This document shows, one piece after another, positions 48,812 to 57,937 of a stretch of 59,978 bases of DNA. Origin of the DNA: a virus (lineage: Duplodnaviria; Caudoviricetes); IMG/VR virus record IMGVR_UViG_3300036781_000826, positions 1 to 59,978 of that record; one strand, 5' to 3'. Below the pieces are notes generated by a model. The model did no database searches. It was not told where the DNA came from and worked only from the letters and a program-made list of their open reading frames with translations. Positions within the stretch are counted from its first letter, which is position 1. The number at the start of each line of letters is the position of its first letter. A program made the translations under genes and the position numbers.

Positions 48812-49563
48812 CCTTTCCCTTCGCCTCGATGCTGGTGGCGCCGCGCGCCCTGTTAATCGAATGGTTTATGATCGGCTCAGGCGGCGGCGGCGGCGGCGTG
48901 GTTGGCGGATCGACGGGCGCGGCCGGCGGCGGCGGGGCTGGTGAGCCCAAGTCCGGCACAGCGGCGCTGCCGACAGGCTCGGTCATCCATTGGGATCCGG
49001 GCTTGGTCGGCTCATCCACGCCAGACGGGACCCCCATACCAGGAACCGCCGCGACCTTTGGGTCGCTCGCCGCCTGCGCCAGCGGTGGCTACGGAGGGGC
49101 CCCGACAGACGACGGCGGCCCAGGCGGCGCCGCGGCGGGCGGCGGCGGCGGTGACGGCGGCGGTGGCTTCGGAGCAGGCGCTGGTGGAACTGGCGCGCAC
49201 GTTGGCGGGGCCGGAGGCTTGGGGAGCGCCGGTGCGGGCGGTGGCGCGGGCGCGGACGCGTCTGGCTCGACGCCTGGTGCGGGCGTCGTCTCATCCATCA
49301 ACGGCACGCCAACTGAATATGGGCGTGGCGGGGGTCCGACCGGCGCGGCCGGCATTCCATCCACGCCCGGCGGCGGCGGCCAGGGCGCGAACATCTCGGG
49401 CGTGCCATCTGGCGATATCAATACTGGCTTCGACGGCTTTCCTGCGCGACTGGTCGTTCGCTACGTCGGTCCGCAGAGCGCGACTGGCGGCACGATCACC
49501 ACGGACGGAACCCACACCATCCACACCTTCGGCGCCACGGCTGACGATTTCACGGTGAACTGA
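48808..49563 (+). CDS. Glycine-rich fibre-associated protein
   Basis: GGGGG/GGGGAG repeats; VVRY; TGG....G..IHTF. Confidence 0.75.
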   Translation: MTFPFASMLVAPRALLIEWFMIGSGGGGGGVVGGSTGAAGGGGAGEPKSGTAALPTGSVIHWDPGLVGSSTPDGTPIPGTAATFGSLAACASGGYGGAPTDDGGPGGAAAGGGGGDGGGGFGAGAGGTGAHVGGAGGLGSAGAGGGAGADASGSTPGAGVVSSINGTPTEYGRGGGPTGAAGIPSTPGGGGQGANISGVPSGDINTGFDGFPARLVVRYVGPQSATGGTITTDGTHTIHTFGATADDFTVN

Positions 49564-49566
49564 CGC

Positions 49567-50133
49567 ATGTCCTCCTACGCCATCCGCAGCGGCGGCCAGC
49601 TCGTGCGCGTCTCGGCCACCAGCGGCTTTGCCACCACCCAACTGAAGATCGTCACCCAGGAAGAGGCCGCATGGTCCTTCGCGGCCATCGGCACGGTGAT
49701 CGCCTTCGAGGCCACGGTGTTGCCGGGCGCGGTCAACGGCTGGTCGCCGGCCGACTTCGAGCGCTGGCAGGTGCTCAGCTTCGATGACCCGACACCGCCG
49801 GACGGCGAGCAGCTCGTCTCGACCGACCTGGCGGAGGTCGATGGCGCCGTCGTGCCGACCGGCCACTTCGCGGCCATTCCGCCGCCGGCCGAGGTCACCC
49901 GCGCTCAAGGCCGACTGCAACTGACCTCGGAGGGGCTTCTCGACACGGTCGACGCCTACGTGGCCGCCCTTGATGCCTCCGTGGCGCAGAACGTGCAGGC
50001 CAAGGAATATTGGGCCTCCACAGGCGTGTTCCGCCGAGACAACGCGCTGCTGAATGCCATGTGGGCCGCGTTGGGCCGCACCAGCGACCAGTTGGACGCC
50101 ACCTTCCGCGGCGCCGCAGCCTTCCCGCTCTAG
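49567..50133 (+). CDS. Tail fibre assembly-like protein
   Basis: VT..Q.RL.L...GLL..V; W....F.R; QLD..F..A. Confidence 0.65.
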   Translation: MSSYAIRSGGQLVRVSATSGFATTQLKIVTQEEAAWSFAAIGTVIAFEATVLPGAVNGWSPADFERWQVLSFDDPTPPDGEQLVSTDLAEVDGAVVPTGHFAAIPPPAEVTRAQGRLQLTSEGLLDTVDAYVAALDASVAQNVQAKEYWASTGVFRRDNALLNAMWAALGRTSDQLDATFRGAAAFPL

Positions 50134-50158
50134 CCGACGTCCGCCGGAGAACCGCACC

Positions 50159-50533
50159 ATGTCCAGGCTGGGTCTCGGTATCGGCCTCTATGTTCCGGTC
50201 ACCGCGCTGGTGCTGGTCGATCTTGCGCTGGATGGCGCGCCGGCGGCCGGCGTCGCTGGCTCAGCGAATGTCGTAGGCCTCACGGCGGGATCGACCCTCA
50301 CCCTGACCAACACCGTGGGCGGCGTTTACAGCCTCGCCGGCACGGTGCTGAGTTGGACCAGCGCCGTCGCCAGCGGGACCGATCACCCGGTGCTGCGCGA
50401 AACGCTCGGCAGCGCCTCGAATTCACCTCACGACACGACGCTCAGCGTCGTCATCCCGGGCGGCTCGGGCGGCGCCCTGGACTTCACTGATCCCGCCGGA
50501 ACCGGCGACGGCCTCGCTACCGGCGTCATCTAA
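50159..50533 (+). CDS. Putative head-spike adaptor/fibre
   Basis: N-terminal MSRLGLGIGL; Ig-like middle; C-terminal GALDFTDP. Confidence 0.55.
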   Translation: MSRLGLGIGLYVPVTALVLVDLALDGAPAAGVAGSANVVGLTAGSTLTLTNTVGGVYSLAGTVLSWTSAVASGTDHPVLRETLGSASNSPHDTTLSVVIPGGSGGALDFTDPAGTGDGLATGVI

Positions 50534-50539
50534 GGAACC

Positions 50540-51226
50540 ATGCACATGCGCTTGATGAAGATCGGCCTTTTGGCCGCGATGGTGTTCGCCTGGTCGTCGG
50601 CGGCGATCGCCAGCGACGACAGCGTCACCGCGAAGAACGCCTCGCTCACGTCGGTGACCTTCTGTTCGAAGGATATCGGCTCCGGCGTAATGGCCTCCTG
50701 CCAGGTGCCTGTTGACCCTGCCACCGGCGCCAAGATCAGCCCCATGCCCAAGAAGGGCGGCCAGGTTGGCGGCCTGAGCTTCTTCGTGGCCAACACGCCC
50801 ACGATTCAGGCCGCAGCCTACGCGGCGGGCAACTGCATGGGCGGCTTCCAGGCCATCACCGTGACAGGCACGGCCGGCGCGACCGGCACGCTGCACTCGT
50901 TCCAGATCCAGTCCAAGGCCGGCCTGGCGACGGCGAAGCAGATCTACGTCTTCACCTCGAACCCGTCGTCGTCGACCTGCACCGACAAGGGCACATTCAC
51001 GATCGCCTCGGCGGATCGGGCGAAGCTGCTCTCCACCTTCTCGGTTACGCCGGCGATTCCGTCCGGCGACACCGGGTCATATGGCGAAGCGACCGGCATG
51101 GGGCGTGCTTTCGCCACCTCCGGCAACGGAAACCTCTACATCGCGGTAGTCGAGACGGCAGCGGAAACGCCGGCCTCCACGTCGGACCTGATTGTTTCGA
51201 TCGGAGGCTACATTGATCAGCCGTAA
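50540..51226 (+). CDS. Signal-peptide beta-rich protein
   Basis: MHMRLMKIGLLAAMVFAWSSAAIA; four Cys. Confidence 0.7.
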   Translation: MHMRLMKIGLLAAMVFAWSSAAIASDDSVTAKNASLTSVTFCSKDIGSGVMASCQVPVDPATGAKISPMPKKGGQVGGLSFFVANTPTIQAAAYAAGNCMGGFQAITVTGTAGATGTLHSFQIQSKAGLATAKQIYVFTSNPSSSTCTDKGTFTIASADRAKLLSTFSVTPAIPSGDTGSYGEATGMGRAFATSGNGNLYIAVVETAAETPASTSDLIVSIGGYIDQP

Positions 51227-52859
51227 GCTCGTCGCCGTAGCCGCGCCGGTCGCTGTGATCTGCTGCTTCTCAAGCGCCGCGAACGCCATCCCGCCAGTCC
51301 AGACCGTGTCGGTGCTTGCCAGCCACAGGCATTTGTCGATCGCCACTTACAATCCGCTGGGCTACTTCCCCAACGTCGATGGGGCCCTCATGTCGACTGC
51401 CGCGTCCATCGGCGTCACCAATGCCCAGACCTACACCGTGAGCTGGTGGCAGTGGGGGCAGCACGTCAACCCGTCCAGCACGAACGATACCAAGTTCGCG
51501 AACACCGGCGGCTATTCCACCAACGGCGCCAATTGCGAAAGCCCTCATGACGGGTTCTGCGCCGCGTTCGACAATTCCGGTGCGTTCATGCAGAACAGCT
51601 TCCTCGACGCCTCCGGCGCGGGCCCGAATATCTCTGGGACCGGCTCTGGCGTCATGGCCAACCAAGTCTGGACCCACTACCTCTTCTCGATCAACCTCGC
51701 GACCGGCAACGCCGCCGTCTATGTGAACAACACCAATGCCCGCGCCTCGGGGCTCTTCACCGTGCCGACGATCGCGAGCGTGACGCCCGATCTGAACGCG
51801 GTCGGCGGCTTCGGGCTGCTGAACGGCCACAAGCTCACCGACCAGGGCTGGGGCTACCAGGCCGACTTCTTCCTCTCAACTGATGACACGGTCTGCAAGG
51901 GTACGTCGCCGATCACCGTCGGCGGCATCAGCTATGCCTGCGCCGCGGCGAATACCGTCCCCGCGGCCCTGCTGGCGAAGTTCATTTCTCCGGCCGGGGC
52001 GCCCGTCGATCCTGGTTCCACCTGCGCTAACCCGACCAATCGCCAGCCGGAACTGTGCTTCGCCGGAAGTGGCTCTGACTATCTGGTGAACAAGGGCTTC
52101 GCGACCAATATCTCTGGCGCGAACGCCGCCAATTGGGCCTATGTGCCCTGGAGCGCCGGGGCCTTCATCTCGCCCGCGCCGTACGGGCCACTGGGCATTC
52201 CTGCCGGGCAACCCACCATGCGCTGGCATCAGGGACGCACCGGTGCTGGCGCCGGCCTAACCACCATCACCACAGACGCCGCCAGTTCGCCCATCGTCAC
52301 CGGCGAGCTGCTGGTGATCACGCTGGTTGGCCAGGATAGCTCGGGAACCGGCAACCACTCCCTGTCGTGCCCGACTGGCGGAACGACGACCTTCACCGCC
52401 CTGGGCCCGGAGATTCCCGCCGGCCAGAACACCAATTCCATCATCTGCTATGGCGTCATCGGCGCCGGCGAGACGGGCGCCTATGCCTTCAGCTGGACCG
52501 GCGCCTTCACGAAGACGGTGGGCTGGCAGATGAGCGAATATGCCAACGTGTCCGCCGTCGACACCGCCGCCAGCGGGGCACAGATCAACGCCTCCAGCAC
52601 GACCTGTCAGAACCCGAATCTTACGACCAGCGTCGCCAACGAGACGGTGGTCAGCTGGTGCATCGACAGCAATGCCGTCACCAAGACATTCGGCCCGCCG
52701 CCGAACGGCTTCAATCAACAGCGCATCAAGTCGGTATCCGGGCCCGAGGTGATGATCAACACCATGTATAAGGTCGGCCTCGGCGGCTCGACCTCCAACC
52801 CCATCACCATGAGCGCCGCCGACGCCTCTGCGGGATACACCCTCGGCCTCAAGCCCTAA
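51213..52859 (+). CDS. Signal-peptide LamG/concanavalin-like lectin-fold protein
   Basis: GGAGG + TTG start; ...SSAANA cleavage site; TVSWW, WTHYLFS...VYVN; ten Cys. Confidence 0.7.
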   Translation: MISRKLVAVAAPVAVICCFSSAANAIPPVQTVSVLASHRHLSIATYNPLGYFPNVDGALMSTAASIGVTNAQTYTVSWWQWGQHVNPSSTNDTKFANTGGYSTNGANCESPHDGFCAAFDNSGAFMQNSFLDASGAGPNISGTGSGVMANQVWTHYLFSINLATGNAAVYVNNTNARASGLFTVPTIASVTPDLNAVGGFGLLNGHKLTDQGWGYQADFFLSTDDTVCKGTSPITVGGISYACAAANTVPAALLAKFISPAGAPVDPGSTCANPTNRQPELCFAGSGSDYLVNKGFATNISGANAANWAYVPWSAGAFISPAPYGPLGIPAGQPTMRWHQGRTGAGAGLTTITTDAASSPIVTGELLVITLVGQDSSGTGNHSLSCPTGGTTTFTALGPEIPAGQNTNSIICYGVIGAGETGAYAFSWTGAFTKTVGWQMSEYANVSAVDTAASGAQINASSTTCQNPNLTTSVANETVVSWCIDSNAVTKTFGPPPNGFNQQRIKSVSGPEVMINTMYKVGLGGSTSNPITMSAADASAGYTLGLKP

Positions 52860-52914
52860 GCCGTTCGCTCGCTGGCGCGCTTTCCAGGCATCCGGCCACA
52901 AGAAGGGTCGAGCC

Positions 52915-53409
52915 ATGAACTTGACCCGCGCGCTGGCCCGCGCCCGCGAGGACGGCCTGGAAGATGAGTTCCGGGCCTTCCTGCACCGTTTTTTCGGGAT
53001 CACGGCCGCGGTGCTGGTCGTTGATATGGCGAACTTCACGCGCGACACCGAGCGCTCCGGCATCGTCCACGAGATGCTGGCGATCCACGACTTCGAGCGG
53101 GTCGCCGCGCCGATCATTGGCCAGCATGGCGGCCGACGCGTGAAGACGGACGCGGATGCGATATTCGCGCTCTTCGCGGAAGTCGCGCAGGCCGGCGCCG
53201 CTGGTCATGAAATCCTCGCCGCAACCATCGGCAGCGCTGCGGTCGGCTTCGGCGCCATCCTCGATTTCGGTGACGAGATCATGGGCTCCGAGGTGAACAA
53301 GGCGGCGAAAGCCCAGCAGCGCCACGCGCAACACGGCGTGGTCGAACTCACCGAAGCCGCGGCGAAAGCCGCCGGCCGATCCTTCCAGGCCCCCAGGAGC
53401 GCGTCATGA
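52915..53409 (+). CDS. Class III adenylate/guanylate cyclase-like protein
   Basis: VLVVDMANFT; GG..VKTDADA; G.EVN.AAK. Confidence 0.8.
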   Translation: MNLTRALARAREDGLEDEFRAFLHRFFGITAAVLVVDMANFTRDTERSGIVHEMLAIHDFERVAAPIIGQHGGRRVKTDADAIFALFAEVAQAGAAGHEILAATIGSAAVGFGAILDFGDEIMGSEVNKAAKAQQRHAQHGVVELTEAAAKAAGRSFQAPRSAS

Positions 53410-54491
53410 CCACCACGACCGTCACGCCGGCAACCCTTGCCGCAGCGCTTGCCGCAGCGAAGCCTGGCGACACCCTGTCCCTCGGCGGCGGCGCCTATGG
53501 CGATGTCGTCTTTCGCCGGCCGGGCGTGACGCTCAGCGGGCCGAAGAATGCCGTCCTGAACTCGCTGACGATCATGTCGCCGGCCGCCAACGTAGTTGTC
53601 GAGGGCTTTACCGTCGATCTGACCCCGACCGCCGCCACGATCACGAGCACCGGCGTCGTGCGCGCTGTGAACATGAGTGGCGTGACCATCCGCGACCTGA
53701 CCATCACCGGCGGCCCGGCGGTCAAGGGCTGTGCGCAGACGGCCCTGGCCGGCGCTCAAAGCGCCTTCGGCGGCAATGTGCTTGGTCTTCCGACGGCCAC
53801 TGGCATCGTGATGGACGGCGTATCGAACTGGTCGGTGGACGGCTGCAGCATTTCCAAACTATTTGCTGGTATCACCACCTGCGGCGAAAACTTCCAGATC
53901 ACCAACAACGAGATCTTCGATCTTCGAACGAGCCCGATCCACGGCACCGTCTGGGGCGACGCCACGATCATCGGCAACTACCTCCACGATTCCACGCCCT
54001 GGAACTTCGGTGGCTCGGGCGATCATGGCGACTACATCCACCTCTGGACCGACCCGGCGAAGTCGTCCGCGCCCATCGCCAATGTCGTCATCACCGGCAA
54101 CCATATAGAGCAGGGCGCTGGCGGCCAGATGCTCGGGATCAACCTCCAGGCCACGCCGCAGGCCGCCACCGGCCTGGGCTTCGCTGCGCCAGTCATCGAT
54201 GGCAACCTGATCCTTAGCGGCCATGCCGAGGGCATCCGCACCGAGGCGGCGGCCGGCGTCGCCATCACCGACAATATCCTGCTCCAGACGTCCGGCGGCC
54301 CGAAGGATGCACCCAGCATCCTGCCGACCTACGGCTCGACGCCGATCCTTCAGCGCAACCTGGCCGTCGACCTCTATGGCTACATGGCCTCCGATCGGAG
54401 CAACATCATCATCCCGACGGGCACGGTGATCGCGCCATGGATGCTGGCGGTGGCACGCGCTCAGTTCGCCGCGAACAGCGCGGCGGCCTAA
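53406..54491 (+). CDS. Right-handed beta-helix (pectate-lyase-like) protein
   Basis: AKPGDTL.L..G.Y; repeated I..N.I; HGD.I. Confidence 0.8.
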   Translation: MTTTTVTPATLAAALAAAKPGDTLSLGGGAYGDVVFRRPGVTLSGPKNAVLNSLTIMSPAANVVVEGFTVDLTPTAATITSTGVVRAVNMSGVTIRDLTITGGPAVKGCAQTALAGAQSAFGGNVLGLPTATGIVMDGVSNWSVDGCSISKLFAGITTCGENFQITNNEIFDLRTSPIHGTVWGDATIIGNYLHDSTPWNFGGSGDHGDYIHLWTDPAKSSAPIANVVITGNHIEQGAGGQMLGINLQATPQAATGLGFAAPVIDGNLILSGHAEGIRTEAAAGVAITDNILLQTSGGPKDAPSILPTYGSTPILQRNLAVDLYGYMASDRSNIIIPTGTVIAPWMLAVARAQFAANSAAA

Positions 54492-54518
54492 TCCTCCAAC
54501 AGTTCGAAAGGAGCGGTC

Positions 54519-54917
54519 ATGGCCGCCACCAAGCCCGCGCCTGCGTCCGACGCCGCGCCCGCGTCGCCGAAGATCGCCACGGCCGACGTGGCCAAGATGA
54601 TCGCCGACGCCGTCGCCAAGACCGCCGCGCCGCCGCCGGCCGAACAGGTAATCCCGTGGTTCATCCCGACCTGGCCCGTGGTGCTGGGGGTCGGTCTCTA
54701 CGCGATGAGCTTCTGGGTGCTCTACATCCTGGCGCCGGCCAAGCACGAAGGGCCGAGCGAGCTGTTCAAGACCTTGGCCAGCGCGGTGATCATCACCGCC
54801 TTCATCAACGGCGTGGTGGCGGCGGTCTACACGGCGGCCCGCGACAGCCAGAAGAAGAACGACACCATCGCCGCCCAGGCCCGCGCGATCGCCGCGCAAT
54901 CCCCAACCGCCCCGTAA
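54519..54917 (+). CDS. Holin-like two-TM protein
   Basis: Two hydrophobic helices then SQKKNDTI; upstream of lysin. Confidence 0.6.
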   Translation: MAATKPAPASDAAPASPKIATADVAKMIADAVAKTAAPPPAEQVIPWFIPTWPVVLGVGLYAMSFWVLYILAPAKHEGPSELFKTLASAVIITAFINGVVAAVYTAARDSQKKNDTIAAQARAIAAQSPTAP

Positions 54918-54956
54918 GCCGCCTCCCCAGTCACCCCGTACTCCAGAGGACCGCCC

Positions 54957-55427
54957 GTGGCCGACGACACCGACCGCGCGCCGCATCGCGCCCGCAGCCG
55001 CTTGCCGGGCGACGACGCCCTGCACGAAGGCCATTACCGGGAAATCCTCGCCAGGCTTGGCGGCCTCGAGGATCGGGTGAGCGAGATCCGCGAGGATTCC
55101 CGTGAAGCCCGCGACGCCACCACGAGGCTTGCCGCCGCGGCCGAGGCCCAGGACCTGCCCACGCGAATCGCCGAGGCTTTCGCGGCCGTCCGAGGTGAGG
55201 AGGTGCGCGCCCGCGCGGACCTGCAGAACACCTCGAACAAGATCACCGACGAGATGCGCCGAGGCCACGACGACCACGAGGAGCGCCTGAAGCGCCTGGA
55301 GACCTTCAAGGACAAGGTCCAGGGCGCCGGCGGCTTCCTCAGCTTCATCGCCAAGAACATGCCCTGGCTGGTGGCGATCGCCATGGCCGGCCTGGCCGGC
55401 CTGGGCTTCAAGGCGCACAATCCGTGA
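54957..55427 (+). CDS. Coiled-coil protein with C-terminal TM (lysis cassette)
   Basis: Heptad pattern and terminal hydrophobic helix. Confidence 0.6.
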   Translation: MADDTDRAPHRARSRLPGDDALHEGHYREILARLGGLEDRVSEIREDSREARDATTRLAAAAEAQDLPTRIAEAFAAVRGEEVRARADLQNTSNKITDEMRRGHDDHEERLKRLETFKDKVQGAGGFLSFIAKNMPWLVAIAMAGLAGLGFKAHNP

Positions 55428-56014
55428 CCCTGGCCAGCATCCGTTCCGCGAACCCGCTGGCGGCGTTCTGCATCACCAAGACCATCGGCCTCGAGGGCGG
55501 CCTGGTCGACAGCGCGGCCGACCCGGGCGGCCTCACCGACTACGGGATCTCGTTGCGAGCGGCGCTCGCGCAGGTCGCCCTGCACCCCGACGAGCTGGCG
55601 CTCTACGACGTAGACCACGACGGCCACCTCGACCGCCGCGACATCGCTGGCCTGACCCAGGACGAGGCGGCCGACATCTACCTGGCCGACTGGTGGACGC
55701 CGGGTTGGTACGCCCGGATGGCGCCCCAGGCGATCGCCTGGAAGTGCTTCGACATCGCGGTCAACACCGGCCCCAACCGCGCGGCGCGCATCCTCCAGCA
55801 GGCGCTGTGCGACGTGGGCGCTGCCGTCCCGGTGGATGGCGTCGTCGGGCCGGTGACGGGGCTCACCGTGCGCGGGCAGGCCAGCAAGGACCGGGGTGTC
55901 CGGCTGCTGGCCGCCATCCGGGCCGAGCAGGCCAAGTTCTACCGCGGTCTCGTAGCCGCGCAACCCAAGCTCAAGACCTTCCTGGCCGGCTGGCTCAACC
56001 GCGCCACCGCCTGA
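55424..56014 (+). CDS. Endolysin, glycoside hydrolase family 108
   Basis: EGG...DPGG.T.YGI; FD.AVN.G; DG.VGP.T; GWLNR; EF-hand-like insert DVDHDGHLD. Confidence 0.92.
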   Translation: MTLASIRSANPLAAFCITKTIGLEGGLVDSAADPGGLTDYGISLRAALAQVALHPDELALYDVDHDGHLDRRDIAGLTQDEAADIYLADWWTPGWYARMAPQAIAWKCFDIAVNTGPNRAARILQQALCDVGAAVPVDGVVGPVTGLTVRGQASKDRGVRLLAAIRAEQAKFYRGLVAAQPKLKTFLAGWLNRATA

Positions 56015-56187
56015 TGCCTCGAGACCGCGACGGCCTGTTCTTGCTCGTGGCCACCGTCGTCGCTCTCCTCATCCTTTTCCTTTTGGCCAAGCTGGTCCTG
56101 AACAGGGGTTCCCATGCGTCTCTTCTTCGCCGTCGCCGCTCTGCTGATCGCAGCTACGTCCGCGAGCGCCGCGCCGGCCGCGCTTGA
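56014..56187 (+). CDS. Small single-TM protein
   Basis: TGATG-coupled; hydrophobic helix and basic tail. Confidence 0.45.
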   Translation: MPRDRDGLFLLVATVVALLILFLLAKLVLNRGSHASLLRRRRSADRSYVRERRAGRA

Positions 56188-56719
56188 TTGCAACCAGTTC
56201 CACATCGACCCGGCGGCTAACCAGCAACTCGCGCCCACGGCGGCGACCCATCCGCCGGGCTCCTGCCACATGCGCCACGCTGCCAACGGGATGCAGCTCC
56301 CCGACCCTCTGTGCACGCCCGGAGCCGTCAATCCGACGGTCACCGGAGACGTGCTGCGCAATCCGAAGTTCCGCACCACCTGCGTCCGTGACAAGGGCAC
56401 CTCGGCCGATGCCAAGCGCCAGACCTACGTCTGGTATGGGATCACACCGCCGGCCAACAACGCCACCGGCGCGACCCAGATTTGCGAACTCGACCACCTG
56501 GTCAGCATCGGTCTGGGTGGCTCCGACGACCTGGCGAACATCTGGCCGCAGTGCGGCCCTGCGAACGTCCAGGTCGGCCAGCGCGAGTTCAAGGTGAAGG
56601 ACGCCCACGCCGAGCTTGGCCTGATGCGCGACATCAAAGCTGGCGCGGACCTGCCGACGATCCAGCGGAATGTCGCGCAGGACTGGACGCAGTTCATCGT
56701 GGCGCCCGGCGCCCACTGA
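56114..56719 (+). CDS. Exported HNH-like nuclease
   Basis: Signal peptide ending ASA; ELDHLVSIGLGG....NIWPQ; six Cys. Confidence 0.75.
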   Translation: MRLFFAVAALLIAATSASAAPAALDCNQFHIDPAANQQLAPTAATHPPGSCHMRHAANGMQLPDPLCTPGAVNPTVTGDVLRNPKFRTTCVRDKGTSADAKRQTYVWYGITPPANNATGATQICELDHLVSIGLGGSDDLANIWPQCGPANVQVGQREFKVKDAHAELGLMRDIKAGADLPTIQRNVAQDWTQFIVAPGAH

Positions 56720-56773
56720 AATCCCGAGTTCTCCCGCGCTCAGCGGGCCTTCCTGACATCGTTGGAGAGAAAA

Positions 56774-57112
56774 ATGGAACACCCACAGTTCGCCTACACC
56801 GGCGCGACTCCGCCGAAGGGCTACGTCGGGTTCGTCAACATCCAAGAGACCGAAGGCGGCGTGCGCTTCAGCATTCGAAGCGAGGGTGAGGCACCGACGC
56901 AAGCCGAGTTCACGCTTCCTCGCGACGAGGCGGTGGCCCTTCTCGGGAAGGCCTTGGTCGGCCTGGGCGGTCCGCTGAAGCACGACTATTGGATGCCTGG
57001 CGAGGCCGACTGCCCGAAGGACATCAAGGCCGGGAACGGCGAACTTCGCACGCTCCGGTGCAAGCGCTGCTGCCTCGACAATCCGCGCAGCCAAATCTGC
57101 ACGCCAGGCTGA
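56774..57112 (+). CDS. Hypothetical protein with C-terminal Cys cluster
   Basis: GGAG RBS; C...CKRCC...C. Confidence 0.6.
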   Translation: MEHPQFAYTGATPPKGYVGFVNIQETEGGVRFSIRSEGEAPTQAEFTLPRDEAVALLGKALVGLGGPLKHDYWMPGEADCPKDIKAGNGELRTLRCKRCCLDNPRSQICTPG

Positions 57113-57186
57113 CCAACAGGCGAAGGCGGCTTCGGCCGCCCCGCCACCCCATTCGCCCGATCACGGGCATCCCCTGGAGACCCACC

Positions 57187-57597
57187 ATGAAACTCCCCAC
57201 CTTCGCGGGGCTCGCCCTCGCATGTCTGAGCCTGGGCGCCTGCTCGACGCTCGCACCCTTGACCGGCAACCCCGTCGCTGACGCCAAGACGGTCGCCGCC
57301 AATGCTGCTGTGGCCAACAGCGCCCAACTGGATTCGCTGGGCACGCTGATCGACAAAATCAACACCGCCCTGCTCGATCACTGCAGCGGCTCGGTGAACC
57401 TGAACTTCGCCCCGCCGGCCCCTCCCGGTTTCACCGGCAACCTGCAATGCACCTCGACCGCGAGCCAAGGCGGCATGGTGCCCCTGGCCTCGATCCAGGC
57501 GCTGGCCAACGGCACCGCGACGCTCAGCACGACCGGCAAGAACTCGGCGTCGGGCTCGCTCACGGTGAGCACGCCCAACTCTCCCCTGAAGCAATAG
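57187..57597 (+). CDS. Lipoprotein
   Basis: Lipobox LGAC; GGAG RBS. Confidence 0.8.
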   Translation: MKLPTFAGLALACLSLGACSTLAPLTGNPVADAKTVAANAAVANSAQLDSLGTLIDKINTALLDHCSGSVNLNFAPPAPPGFTGNLQCTSTASQGGMVPLASIQALANGTATLSTTGKNSASGSLTVSTPNSPLKQ

Positions 57598-57605
57598 GCC
57601 GCCCC

Positions 57606-57839
57606 ATGGACACTCCCGAATCCACACTCACCGCCATGCTTGTCGATGGCGAAGCCCACACCGAACTCTTGCGGAAGATCGCCCTTGTCGGCGGTGATCT
57701 TCGGCGCAGCGTGGAGGCCCTGCTGGAGTCGCCAGAGGGTCGGGCGCTCCCGGCCGATGTAGCCGGTGATCTCGGCGCCAAGGCCATCGCCTTCCATGCG
57801 GCAGTGGCCGACCTGGCGCGGGACAAGGCTCAGCCGTGA
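57606..57839 (+). CDS. Hypothetical protein
   Basis: Operon position. Confidence 0.5.
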   Translation: MDTPESTLTAMLVDGEAHTELLRKIALVGGDLRRSVEALLESPEGRALPADVAGDLGAKAIAFHAAVADLARDKAQP

Positions 57840-57937
57840 AGCCTCTCTTCGAAAGCACCGTCATCGTCCTGCTGGTGGTGGCCGCCATGGGCCTGGCGGT
57901 GACCATCGGCGCCGCTATCGCGAGGGCGTGGCCATGA
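57836..57937 (+). CDS. 33-aa single-TM peptide
   Basis: GTGA and ATGA coupling on both sides. Confidence 0.45.
   Translation: MKPLFESTVIVLLVVAAMGLAVTIGAAIARAWP

Noticed and set aside
46844-54491. Diversity-generating retroelement or invertible tail-fibre cassette
   Set aside because: No reverse transcriptase, invertase or template/variable repeat pair seen; the only duplication is the short in-frame repeat within 46844-47923.
52915-54491. Pycsar/CBASS-type defence operon
   Set aside because: No adjacent cyclic-nucleotide-binding, TIR or TM effector; neighbour is a beta-helix protein.
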